Origin: Bacillus subtilis subsp. subtilis str. 168
GTDB lineage: Bacteria; Bacillota; Bacilli; Bacillales; Bacillaceae
Length of the DNA stretch: 32,000 nt
Reading direction: 5' to 3'
Assembly: GCF_000009045.1 (NCBI RefSeq)
Contig: NC_000964.3
Coordinates: forward strand, 1,920,001-1,952,000
Below are positions 24,113-32,000 of this stretch, in pieces (within the stretch, counting starts at the first letter, position 1; the number at the start of each line of letters is the position of its first letter). The notes beneath the pieces were generated by a model that was not told the origin of the DNA, searched no databases, and was given only the letters and a program-made list of their open reading frames with translations. The position numbers were made by a program, and so were the translations under genes.

Positions 24113-25654
24113 CTATCTTTGCGTAAACTGCCAGTAATCAAAATTAAACAAGTTTCCTGTACCTGTTCCGGTAAATACAAAGAATACTTTGTGCACACCG
24201 GTTGCCCCGCTTACCGCAGTTTCTATTTCCCTCCACGTTTGCGCTCCGCCTGTTGAAGGCACATTCAGAGTTCCAACAAGCTTACCGTCTGCACTGTCGA
24301 GGCGCACTTCTATTTTCCCGCCTAAAGTGGATGCTACATTTGCTTTAAATGACCTGGCACCGCCCGCTCCGAAGTCTGCATTTCCTACAGCAATCCAGTC
24401 TCCATTTTGAATGCTTGTTACATGCTGATTATTTACTGGCCCGCCGGGTGCTGTGGACTTCTCTGTCAAAATGCGTCCATTCCAAGCAAACGTTTCAGCT
24501 TCTACCCGGTTATATGGGTTTAAATTGGAAATTTGTGTTACACCTGCATAATTTGCCGCTACCTCTTGAATAGATCCATCTGCATTATGCACCAGCTTAT
24601 TAATATGGGGAGAGCGGTATCCTTTGCCGGCCCCGAACAGAGCGGAACTGACAGTTTGCGCATGGTACACCACATACCACTCGTTTTTAAAATTGAAAAC
24701 AGCATGATGGTTGTTTCCGCCACCTCCGAAAAATGCACCCGGATTTTTCAGGAAGTGCCCTCTATATGTAAAGGGACCCATGGGACTTGAACTGGTCATG
24801 TAGCCGATCTCACCCGGGGGTTTATCGGCCGGGTGCGTGCCGCCGAAATTGATGCAATAGGAGTAATAATATGTTCCGTTATACTTGTGCAATCCCGAAT
24901 CTTCAAACATGAAAGGCGCATCAATTGTAGATGCACTTCCAACAACACTCGTCATATCAGGCCCCAATTTTATGACTCTAGCCGTTTTAGGATTGGCCCA
25001 TTGTCCCTGCGTTGGATTTGAAACGCCAGGAACGCCTCCGCCGGCATACAGGTAACCGGTTCCGTCGTCATCTACAAATACTGCCGGATCAAAAAGCCAT
25101 ACAACACCAGACATTCCTGGCGTACTTGGCGTTACGAGCGGTTTTCCGATTGGGTCGGTCCATGGACCAATCGGGCTGTCTGCGGTGAGAACCCCGATAC
25201 CTCCGCCGCTGTTTGCGAAATAAAGGAAGAATTTATCCTTGCCATTAATTTTTTTAACTGCGATTGACGGTGCCCATGACGCACCTGCCCATTTTGCAAT
25301 TCCACGGCCTCCATTAGCTCCATTGGCACCTGCTACCGGAATGGCTCCGTGGTCTGTCCAGTTCACCATATCCGCTGAAGATATGACGAATACTCTATTC
25401 AAATTGGCAAATGAATTATCTTTAATTGTTCCGTTGCTATTATATTCATAGTCATCACTTGACATATAGATGTAGACTCTTCCGTTATAGGTCAGCGCAA
25501 CCGGATCCGCTCCCAAATGATGGTCGATAAGCGGATTTGAATTCCCTATATGTTTTGCAATTGTAGTACTAGTGGCAGCATACGCAGACTTCCCAGATAA
25601 GCAGCTCAATAATAAAACTAGAATCCATAAACATACGCTACACTTTTTCCTCAT
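24113..25654 (-). CDS. xynD: Secreted arabinoxylan arabinofuranohydrolase (GH43 plus C-terminal CBM6) XynD
   Basis: 513 aa from MRKKCSVCLWILVLLLSCLSGKSAYA (signal peptide). It has a GH43 five-bladed propeller N-domain (GADPVALTYNGRVYIY, WAPS) and a CBM6-like tail (RVEAETFAWNG...NGDWIAVGNADFG...FNFDYWQF). The ATG at 25654 lies 10 nt after GGAGG. The track GTG one codon upstream (25657) is also possible. Confidence 0.96.
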   Translation of the reverse strand: MRKKCSVCLWILVLLLSCLSGKSAYAATSTTIAKHIGNSNPLIDHHLGADPVALTYNGRVYIYMSSDDYEYNSNGTIKDNSFANLNRVFVISSADMVNWTDHGAIPVAGANGANGGRGIAKWAGASWAPSIAVKKINGKDKFFLYFANSGGGIGVLTADSPIGPWTDPIGKPLVTPSTPGMSGVVWLFDPAVFVDDDGTGYLYAGGGVPGVSNPTQGQWANPKTARVIKLGPDMTSVVGSASTIDAPFMFEDSGLHKYNGTYYYSYCINFGGTHPADKPPGEIGYMTSSSPMGPFTYRGHFLKNPGAFFGGGGNNHHAVFNFKNEWYVVYHAQTVSSALFGAGKGYRSPHINKLVHNADGSIQEVAANYAGVTQISNLNPYNRVEAETFAWNGRILTEKSTAPGGPVNNQHVTSIQNGDWIAVGNADFGAGGARSFKANVASTLGGKIEVRLDSADGKLVGTLNVPSTGGAQTWREIETAVSGATGVHKVFFVFTGTGTGNLFNFDYWQFTQR

Positions 25655-26109
25655 CACTTCACATCCTCCTTTTTCCTTAAAATGGGGGATTTTCTTTTGG
25701 AATTTGATAACAACAGGTCACGAAGATTGCACGCATAAAGTAGCCGGAAGCTGTTTAGCAATGTTCCCAGTTGTTCTGAAAGCTCATCTTCATGTGTCTC
25801 CATTCTCTCTTTTCTTCGAGGAGATCGCACCACTCCTTCAAAATTGTTCAAAAAAACTTCCCCATTCCTAGCGACCATTGTCCAGAAAATAAAAAGACAG
25901 GATTGTTCATGGCCTCCCACTAATCACATTGAACGGAGATTACATCATTATCCAAGATATCCCTTTATCTAACATCCTACATCATTAAAAAAATTGTGTA
26001 TAGAAACTTTTGGAGGAGTTAGTGTTCGATTCTACAAAGGAACTGGATACATTTATTCATTGATAAGATGGGGCTAACACTCCGTTTATATTTGTATGTT
26101 TTCAGACAC

Positions 26110-26141
26110 AAAAAACAGCCGTTCAATGCGGCTGTTTTTTT
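26110..26141. terminator. Orphan hairpin plus T-tract (bidirectional shape) in the xynD-yngA divergent intergenic region
   Basis: AAAAAACAGCCG-ttcaat-GCGGCTGTTTTTTT. No annotated gene on either strand ends here. Confidence 0.65.
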
Positions 26142-26160
26142 CAAGAGTATAAGACTATTG

Positions 26161-26180
26161 AGCGGTATACCCGCTTTTTC
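26161..26180 (+). terminator. Second, weaker hairpin plus T-tract 20 nt downstream of the first
   Basis: AGCGG-tatac-CCGCT followed by TTTTC. The stem is only 5 bp. Confidence 0.35.
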
Positions 26181-26203
26181 ATGTTTTGTTCATATTTTAT
26201 TAA

Positions 26204-26231
26204 TTGTTTATTCAACACTGTCCGCTATAGT
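26204..26231 (+). promoter_or_regulatory. Candidate sigma-A promoter of yngA-yngB(-yngC)
   Basis: TTGTTT (26204-26209), a 16-nt spacer, then TATAGT (26226-26231). This would leave only about 10 nt of leader before the annotated yngA ATG. Confidence 0.4.
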
Positions 26232-26248
26232 AATCCATATCAACAAAT

Positions 26249-26695
26249 ATGACTGCCACTCGCATCTTTTATGAAGGGAGGTTCGTTACGCTGAAAGAAA
26301 AAATAAAGACATTAGGCCGTTTTTGCACCGTAGGCGTCGGCAATACGCTGATAGATTTTGGTGTCTTCTTTCTTCTTACCGCTTGTCATGTCTCTTATCT
26401 GCCGGCGCAGATCTGCTCCTATACTGCAGGTATCGTCAACAGCTATGTGTGGAACCGGAATTGGACGTTTTGTGTGAAACGTAAGGCTGACGGGAAAGAG
26501 ATCGTGCGTTTTCTCATGATTAATATTGCCGCGTCAGGGATCACCTTTTTGCTGCTTTATTTGTTTCAAAATTGCGGCTGCTCGCTTTTGGTGAGTAAGC
26601 TCGCCGCCACTATCGGCGGAATGATGATGAATTTTATCGGAAACCGAATCTGGGTATTTGGAGATTCGCTGAAAAACATACAGGATCAGGAGTGA
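26249..26695 (+). CDS. yngA: GtrA-like family membrane protein YngA (polyisoprenol-sugar handling family)
   Basis: 148 aa with four TM helices. The N-terminal RFCTVGVGNTLIDFGVFF motif and the C-terminal NFIGNRIWVF motif are typical of GtrA-family proteins. The ATG at 26249 has no SD, so the start is uncertain (see findings). Confidence 0.85.
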   Translation: MTATRIFYEGRFVTLKEKIKTLGRFCTVGVGNTLIDFGVFFLLTACHVSYLPAQICSYTAGIVNSYVWNRNWTFCVKRKADGKEIVRFLMINIAASGITFLLLYLFQNCGCSLLVSKLAATIGGMMMNFIGNRIWVFGDSLKNIQDQE

Positions 26696-26701
26696 AGATG
26701 A

Positions 26702-27595
26702 ATGAGAAAAAAAGTGAGAAAAGCGGTTATACCCGCAGCGGGTTTAGGAACGAGATTTCTGCCGGCGACAAAGGCGCAGCCTAAAGAAATGCTTCCAATC
26801 GTCGACAAACCAGCAATCCAATATATTGTAGAAGAGGCCGCAGAGTCAGGAATTGAAGATATACTGATTATTACAGGGAGAAACAAACGCTCGATTGAAG
26901 ATCATTTTGATCGGTCGGCGGAATTGGAATTCAATCTCCGGGAAAAAGGCAAGACGGAGACACTTAAGGAAATGCAGCAGATTGCCGATTTGGCCAACAT
27001 TCATTACATCCGCCAGAAAGAACCGCTCGGATTAGGCCATGCGGTGCTGTGTGCGGAGCATTTTATCGGAGATGAGCCTTTTGCTGTTCTCTTAGGTGAT
27101 GATATTATGGTGTCTGAAACACCGGCTCTTCGGCAATTAATGGATGTATATGACGTTTATGGCACAGAGGTTGTCGGTGTACAGTCAGTTCTCCCTGAGG
27201 ATGTCAGCAAATATGGTATTATAAATACATCAGGGTCTCAAGGGCATGTATATGAAGTGAACGATTTAGTGGAAAAGCCTTCTCCTGAAGAAGCACCTTC
27301 GGAAATCGCAGTAATGGGACGTTATGTGCTGAATTCTTCGATCTTCTCCGTTTTGAAGACAATTGGCAGAGGCGCGGGCAACGAAATTCAGCTGACAGAT
27401 GCGCTTCGTGAGGTTTGCCGTAAGGAGCCGATCCATGCCCGGCTGCTGGAAGGAAATCGATATGACATTGGCGATAAGCTGGGCTGTTTTAAAGCGAGCA
27501 CCGAAATCGGCTTAATGCGTCCCGAAATGAGATCTCAGCTTTTGGCCTATTTAGAAGATGTGATCAAACGGGAAACGAAAGAAATGCTGCGGTAA
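26702..27595 (+). CDS. yngB: UTP--glucose-1-phosphate uridylyltransferase (GtaB paralogue) YngB
   Basis: 297 aa with the N-terminal nucleotidyltransferase motif KAVIPAAGLGTRFLPATKAQPKEMLPIVDKP and the downstream VEKP motif. It starts 6 nt after the yngA stop. Confidence 0.95.
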   Translation: MRKKVRKAVIPAAGLGTRFLPATKAQPKEMLPIVDKPAIQYIVEEAAESGIEDILIITGRNKRSIEDHFDRSAELEFNLREKGKTETLKEMQQIADLANIHYIRQKEPLGLGHAVLCAEHFIGDEPFAVLLGDDIMVSETPALRQLMDVYDVYGTEVVGVQSVLPEDVSKYGIINTSGSQGHVYEVNDLVEKPSPEEAPSEIAVMGRYVLNSSIFSVLKTIGRGAGNEIQLTDALREVCRKEPIHARLLEGNRYDIGDKLGCFKASTEIGLMRPEMRSQLLAYLEDVIKRETKEMLR

Positions 27596-27658
27596 AAAAA
27601 TTGTAACCATCTTGCTCGTCAATCAGTCATATAATAGTGAAAAAGATTAGGACAGGTT

Positions 27659-28264
27659 GTGAAGAATGTGGGCAGTTTGATAAGCGAAATTTTAACATGG
27701 CTGACGAACATGGGATATGCGGGTATTGCGATTGGGTTAATGATTGAAATCATTCCGAGTGAGATTGTATTAGCTTATGGCGGCTATATGGTATCGGAGG
27801 GCACGATTGGATTTATTGGCGCAATTATTGCGGGTGTTATCGGGGGCACCATTGCCCAGATCTTTATTTACTGGATCGGTCGCTATGGCGGCAGGCCATT
27901 TCTGGACAAATACGGGAAGTATTTATTGATTAAAAAGCATCATATCGATATGTCGGAAAACTGGTTTCAGAAATACGGCGCCGGAGTTGTCTTCTCGGCT
28001 CGTTTTATACCGGTTGTCAGACATGCCATATCCATTCCGGCAGGTATTGCCAGAATGCCTTTTCTCAAATTTGTGGTACTGACTGTGCTTGCTATCATTC
28101 CATGGTCTATCCTGTTTGTTTATTTAGGCATACAGCTAGGAAGCCAGTGGGATGATGTTGAGAATATAGCAGGCACTTATACAACACCGATTATGATATT
28201 GGCTGTTGTCGTGATAGCCCTTTATTTTGTGATTAAGAAACGTACAGCCATATTTAAACGATAG
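27659..28264 (+). CDS. yngC: DedA/SNARE-associated family membrane protein YngC
   Basis: About 200 aa. The DedA signature is present (GYAGIAIGLMIEIIPSEIVLAYGG...GRPFLDKYGKY...RFIPVVRHAISIPAGIA). The GTG at 27659 has only a weak SD (TAGGA). The in-frame GTG at 27668 would give the 198-aa form I recall. Confidence 0.88.
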   Translation: MKNVGSLISEILTWLTNMGYAGIAIGLMIEIIPSEIVLAYGGYMVSEGTIGFIGAIIAGVIGGTIAQIFIYWIGRYGGRPFLDKYGKYLLIKKHHIDMSENWFQKYGAGVVFSARFIPVVRHAISIPAGIARMPFLKFVVLTVLAIIPWSILFVYLGIQLGSQWDDVENIAGTYTTPIMILAVVVIALYFVIKKRTAIFKR

Positions 28265-28271
28265 CTAGCGG

Positions 28272-28314
28272 ATATGCATAGGGGTGACTGACGCTCCCCT
28301 ATGCATATTTTTTT
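28272..28314 (+). terminator. Intrinsic terminator of yngC, abutting the convergent nrnB stop
   Basis: ATATGCATAGGGG-tgactgacgct-CCCCTATGCATAT followed by TTTTTTT. Confidence 0.85.
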
Positions 28315-29512
28315 ACTTGCGATGTTGATTTGCCAGCTTCAGATTCTCCGCTAAAAATGCGACAAACACTTCATCCCGCACGAGCGATGCGGCATAATTT
28401 CTCTTAATAAACCATTCTGCCTCTTCAAACGCTGCGAATGTTTCGTCTTGGGTTTCTCCGTTAATTTGAATATTCCATTCGTTGTCTAAAGGGAAAAGAA
28501 AAAATCTCATTTGTGCGCGATTTTCATATAATGATCCATTCGCAGATCCCTTTAGATTATAGATGTTACGGAAGGCATCCGGCCGTACAGGATCAATACG
28601 GAAAGCTTCAGCTACAAACAACTCGTATACTTCATCGGTTATTGAACAGCCGGACGCTTTTGCATGCCCTCCGCCGCCATATCGGCCGGCGATTTCTGAC
28701 ACATCGATGTAATCATGAATGGTGCGGAGACTGACTCGTTTTGACCCCATGCTCAAAATCGCAATGTAATCGAGGTGCGGGTTATCTTTCCCTAGCCTGT
28801 TCCCCAGCTCTGAATGGTACGATTCAGCGTGAACGATGCCTACACAGTGTTCGTGAACAAAGGTTTGTACCATTTCCCTTTTCTTTCTGCGGAGGTAGCG
28901 CTCGATTTTTTCGTCTTCTAAATCAAGCAGTTTTTCTTCAAAATCATCGAAGAAAAATTCGTCATGCGTGGAAAGGCGCTGGATCATTTTTGCTTCAAAT
29001 TCATCGATTGACAGCAAAAAGAAAAGATCATTAAGCCGCTTCGCCTGTTTTTGATCGTACCGCTCCCACTCCCATGTATCGTATTGGCGGACGAGCTCTG
29101 TGAATTGATCTAAGGCGTTTGTCGGTTTCATGAAGCCATTTTCAATGAGATAGCCATATAAAAGCGATGTCGCGGATGTGAGCCTTCCATCATCGTATTC
29201 CACCTGGACAAATCCCCATTCATGCTCATTCAAATGAAGGGCTGTTTTATGATGGTCAATGAGCTTCACTTTGCCCCCTGCATGAACATACTCATTCAAT
29301 CTCTCTTCGTTTTCTTCATTGACGGCGAGATCGGTGATGAATAACGCGTCCTGTCTGTTGCTCTCCTTCGCTTTTTCTAAAAAGTACTGCACCTGTGCGT
29401 TTAAGCCGTTGACAGAGTTATACCGGATCTCTACGTCTTTTCCGAACGCCAATTTTGCTACGATTCCGCATCCTACTCCGTCCAAGTCGTTATGTGAATA
29501 TAAATGATACAT
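28313..29512 (-). CDS. nrnB: NanoRNase/oligoribonuclease NrnB (DHH/DHHA1 family; YngD)
   Basis: 399 aa with DHH-family motifs: the N-terminal HNDLDGVGCG (DxD), ITDLAV, the LIDHHKT DHH motif, and the DHHA1 GGGGHAKASG motif near residue 280. Confidence 0.93.
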   Translation of the reverse strand: MYHLYSHNDLDGVGCGIVAKLAFGKDVEIRYNSVNGLNAQVQYFLEKAKESNRQDALFITDLAVNEENEERLNEYVHAGGKVKLIDHHKTALHLNEHEWGFVQVEYDDGRLTSATSLLYGYLIENGFMKPTNALDQFTELVRQYDTWEWERYDQKQAKRLNDLFFLLSIDEFEAKMIQRLSTHDEFFFDDFEEKLLDLEDEKIERYLRRKKREMVQTFVHEHCVGIVHAESYHSELGNRLGKDNPHLDYIAILSMGSKRVSLRTIHDYIDVSEIAGRYGGGGHAKASGCSITDEVYELFVAEAFRIDPVRPDAFRNIYNLKGSANGSLYENRAQMRFFLFPLDNEWNIQINGETQDETFAAFEEAEWFIKRNYAASLVRDEVFVAFLAENLKLANQHRK

Positions 29513-29577
29513 AATGTAGGCCCCTTTTTATGATAAACTGACAATTGCCGCTAGAGGTGCGGCAGCCTTTATTTACT

Positions 29578-29605
29578 ATTCTAAAAAACCAAGCGTTTTA
29601 TGCAA
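29578..29605 (-). promoter_or_regulatory. Candidate sigma-A promoter of nrnB
   Basis: On the minus strand: TTGCAT (29605-29600), a 16-nt spacer, then TAGAAT (29583-29578), about 65 nt upstream of the nrnB ATG. Confidence 0.4.
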
Positions 29606-29640
29606 TGGTAATTAGTTGACATAATGTTGTTATTGTAAAT

Positions 29641-29670
29641 ATATAAAGGAGCGCTTTTTTTGCGCTCCTA
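29641..29670 (-). terminator. Probable terminator after yngE
   Basis: On the minus strand: AGGAGCGC-aaaaaaa-GCGCTCCT followed by TTATATATTT, 12 nt after the yngE stop. Confidence 0.6.
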
Positions 29671-29681
29671 AGTTCTTGCTT

Positions 29682-31217
29682 TTACACCGGATAAACCGGA
29701 TGCTTTCGATTGGTAAATGTCATTTCCTTTGTCATGTATGCCTTGAGCCGTTTGGCCAGCTCATCACGCAGCGAATTGGCTGGGATAACAGCATCAATGA
29801 TCATTTCTGAAGCCAGACGGTAGATATTGATGTCCTCTTTGTATTCCTCCCGTTTGCTGCTGATAAATGCGGCTCTCTCTTCTTCTGGCAGCTCGGCGAT
29901 TTTTTTAGCGTAGACAGCGTTTACAGCGGCCTCAGGGCCCATGACGGCGATTTGGGCGGTTGGGAGCGCTAGACAGCAATCCGGTTCAAATGCCGGCCCT
30001 GCCATTGCATACAACCCCGCCCCGTAAGCTTTTCGGACAATGACAGAGAGTTTTGGAACAGTTGCCTCCGACATCGCAGAAATCATTTTCGCTCCGTGTC
30101 TGATAATCCCAGCCTGTTCTACTTTTGTGCCAATCATAAAACCGGGGATATCGGCTAAGAACAGCAATGGGATATGAAAAGCGTCACATAAGGTAATAAA
30201 CTTAGCCGCTTTGTCTGCTGAATCGTGGAATAAGACGCCTCCTTTTACCTTCGGCTGGTTTGCAACAATGCCGACAGGCTGTCCGTGGATTCGTGCGAGG
30301 CCCGTCAATAATTCCGGTGCAAATAAGGCTTTGATCTCAAAAAATGAGTCTTCATCTATGACCCGCTCAATGAGCTCATGCATATCAAAAGGTGCGTTTT
30401 GATTTTGCGGAATGACGTCGGCAAGCGGAGTTTCGAAGTGTTTTGGCGGGCGTTTCTCATGAATGGGCGCTTTTTCTTGAAAATTTGCCGGAAAGTAAGA
30501 CAAATAAGCCCGCACCAGCTGTATGGCTTCTTCTTCAGTTTCTGCAAGAATATCTCCGCAGCCGGAGATTGAGCAATGCATACGGGCGCCACCCATTTCT
30601 TCGAGAGACACTTTTTCTCCAATAACCATTTCCGCCATCCTTGGCGAACCTAAATACATGGAGGCGTTACCGTCTACCATAACGACGATATCACAGAAGG
30701 CCGGAATATAAGCGCCTCCTGCCGCAGATGGTCCGAAAAGCAGACAGATTTGCGGAATGCGTCCCGATAATTTGACTTGATTGTAAAAAATTCTTCCTGC
30801 ACCGCGTCTCCCTGGAAAGACATTGATTTGGTCGGTAATTCGGGCGCCTGCCGAATCGACTAAATAAATGAGCGGACAGTTTAATTTTTCGGCGATTTCT
30901 TGAATTCTGATGATTTTTTCAACTGTTTTTGCTCCCCATGACCCCGCTTTCACTGTTGAATCATTCGCCATGACGCAAACGGTTTGGCCGCCGATTTTGC
31001 CGATAGCGGTTACAACTCCGTCAGCGGGAAGCCCGTCTGACATACATTCCGCAAAAAAAGCGTCTTCTAGCTCAATGTCATCGTCAAAGAGAAGGGAAAG
31101 CCGCTCTCTGACAAAGAGCTTGCCTTTTTCCCGATTGCTTTGATGATACTTTTCCGCTCCGCCTTTTCGAATCCGTTCAGCCCGTTCTGTTCGTTCCTTT
31201 TCATAATCCATCAGCAT
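29682..31217 (-). CDS. yngE: Acyl-CoA carboxylase carboxyltransferase (beta) subunit, methylcrotonyl-/propionyl-CoA carboxylase-like YngE
   Basis: Carboxyltransferase fold throughout, for example GGQTVCVMANDSTVKAGSWG and GRIPQICLLFGPSAAGGAYIPAF. The track ORF (595 aa) extends 84 codons upstream into yngF and is an artefact. AAGGGAGG sits just upstream of the ATGs at 31217 and 31211, giving a protein of 511 or 509 aa. Confidence 0.93.
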   Translation of the reverse strand: MLMDYEKERTERAERIRKGGAEKYHQSNREKGKLFVRERLSLLFDDDIELEDAFFAECMSDGLPADGVVTAIGKIGGQTVCVMANDSTVKAGSWGAKTVEKIIRIQEIAEKLNCPLIYLVDSAGARITDQINVFPGRRGAGRIFYNQVKLSGRIPQICLLFGPSAAGGAYIPAFCDIVVMVDGNASMYLGSPRMAEMVIGEKVSLEEMGGARMHCSISGCGDILAETEEEAIQLVRAYLSYFPANFQEKAPIHEKRPPKHFETPLADVIPQNQNAPFDMHELIERVIDEDSFFEIKALFAPELLTGLARIHGQPVGIVANQPKVKGGVLFHDSADKAAKFITLCDAFHIPLLFLADIPGFMIGTKVEQAGIIRHGAKMISAMSEATVPKLSVIVRKAYGAGLYAMAGPAFEPDCCLALPTAQIAVMGPEAAVNAVYAKKIAELPEEERAAFISSKREEYKEDINIYRLASEMIIDAVIPANSLRDELAKRLKAYMTKEMTFTNRKHPVYPV

Positions 31218-31227
31218 TGCCTCCCTT

Positions 31228-32000
31228 TTATATTCCCTTGTATACGGCCCGTCTTTTTTCTTGAAAGGCCTGAAGCCCTTCTCTCCTGTCTTTTGTCGGG
31301 ATGGTTTGTTCATACGCTTTTTGTTCAATCGCAAGGCCTGTAGCAAGATCTGTCTCCAATCCTTTATTGATTGCAAATTTAGCCTGACGGACAGCGATCG
31401 GTCCGTTGGCAGAAATGGCTGCGGCCAGTTCCTCTGCTTTTGGCATAAGGTCACAAGGAGCCGTGACATGCTCTACAAGGCCGATTTCTTTTGCTTCGTG
31501 TGCGGTCACGCGTCTGCCTGTATAAATGAATTCTTTTGCTTTTCCTCTGCCAATCAGCCGGGGCAGCCTTTGGGTCCCTCCAGCGCCCGGGATAATAGCT
31601 AACCCTGTTTCCGGAAGTCCCAGCACAGCTGCTTCAGTTGCGATTCGAAGGTCGCATGCCAATGCCAATTCTAGTCCGCCGCCTAATGCGCTTCCATTTA
31701 TCGCAGCTATGACCGGCTGCGGCAAGGCATCAAGTAAAGCCGCCGTTCTTTGAATGAGAGATACACTTTCCAGAACCTGATCTTCTTTCAGTTTTATCCG
31801 TTCCTTCAGGTCTGCCCCTGCACAAAACGCTTTTTCACCGGTGCCTGTGAGGATGACGCAACGGATGTTTGAGTTAAATTCAATTTCCTGGATAATCATT
31901 TGCAGGTTTCTAAGCATTTCCGCTGAAAGAGCATTTGCTGCCTGAGGCCTGTTTAAGGTGATCAACGCCATATGTTCATTTTTAACAGTAAAAAGAATAG
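31228..32000 (-). CDS. yngF: Enoyl-CoA hydratase / methylglutaconyl-CoA hydratase-like (crotonase family) YngF, 5' end truncated by the window edge
   Basis: Crotonase motifs are present (FCAGADLKER, AAINGSALGGGLELALACDLRIA). The reading frame stays open upstream of the track Met (..ILFTVKNEHMALITLNRP) to the window end. Its stop lies 10 nt upstream of the yngE start. Confidence 0.92.
   Translation of the reverse strand, partial: ILFTVKNEHMALITLNRPQAANALSAEMLRNLQMIIQEIEFNSNIRCVILTGTGEKAFCAGADLKERIKLKEDQVLESVSLIQRTAALLDALPQPVIAAINGSALGGGLELALACDLRIATEAAVLGLPETGLAIIPGAGGTQRLPRLIGRGKAKEFIYTGRRVTAHEAKEIGLVEHVTAPCDLMPKAEELAAAISANGPIAVRQAKFAINKGLETDLATGLAIEQKAYEQTIPTKDRREGLQAFQEKRRAVYKGI

Noticed and set aside
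26068-26274. 68-aa plus-strand ORF upstream of yngA.
   Set aside because: It reads straight through two hairpin plus T-tract terminators and the candidate yngA promoter. It has no SD and is an AT-rich hydrophobic artefact.
31218-31469. 84-codon N-terminal extension of the yngE track ORF (MSRLLVTLCQKQRNW...).
   Set aside because: It overlaps the 3' end of yngF in another frame, has no carboxyltransferase similarity and has no SD. AAGGGAGG sits right before the internal ATGs at 31217 and 31211, which give the expected protein of about 511 aa.

Overview
The window reads as ordinary, well-studied core chromosome of Bacillus subtilis (168-like). Gene order and protein sequences match my recollection of the tkt-to-yngF segment: tkt (5' cut by the window), sirA, yneF, ynzD, ccdA-ccdB-ccdC, yneK, cotM, sspP, sspO, citB, yneN, sspN-tlp, yneP-yneQ, yneR, plsY, yneT, parE-parC, ynfC, alsT, eglS, ynfE, xynC, xynD, yngA-yngB-yngC, nrnB, yngE, and yngF (5' cut by the window). 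I place 38 CDS. Four are shorter than the ORF-track cutoff and I read them by hand: sspP, sspO, sspN and two unnamed 41-aa ORFs. Several track ORFs needed start-codon correction from Shine-Dalgarno (SD) placement: ynzD, ccdB, ccdC, yneN, ynfC, eglS, xynD and yngE. Nearly every transcription unit ends in a clear hairpin plus T-tract. I see no rRNA, tRNA, CRISPR array, IS or transposase, integrase, prophage remnant, toxin-antitoxin pair or recognisable defence gene. I therefore cannot honestly point to a self-contained novel system. The less well explained spots are: (1) a 14/15-bp inverted repeat that would bury the sspN ribosome-binding site and ATG; (2) two small SD-preceded ORFs (a basic 41-aa peptide between yneN and sspN, and a hydrophobic 41-aa peptide downstream of ynfC); (3) the about 590-bp region upstream of xynD, with an ORF overlapping the xynD start (TGATG) and two orphan terminators; (4) the orphan CheY-like receiver CcdB embedded in the ccdA operon; (5) the yngABC GtrA-like / UDP-glucose pyrophosphorylase / DedA module, whose annotated yngA start has no SD. 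Regulatory sites readable in the sequence include a CcpC dyad plus a CodY-like box at citB and a perfect TnrA box at alsT. All identifications rest on reading the translations and on recalled family knowledge. No database search was run.
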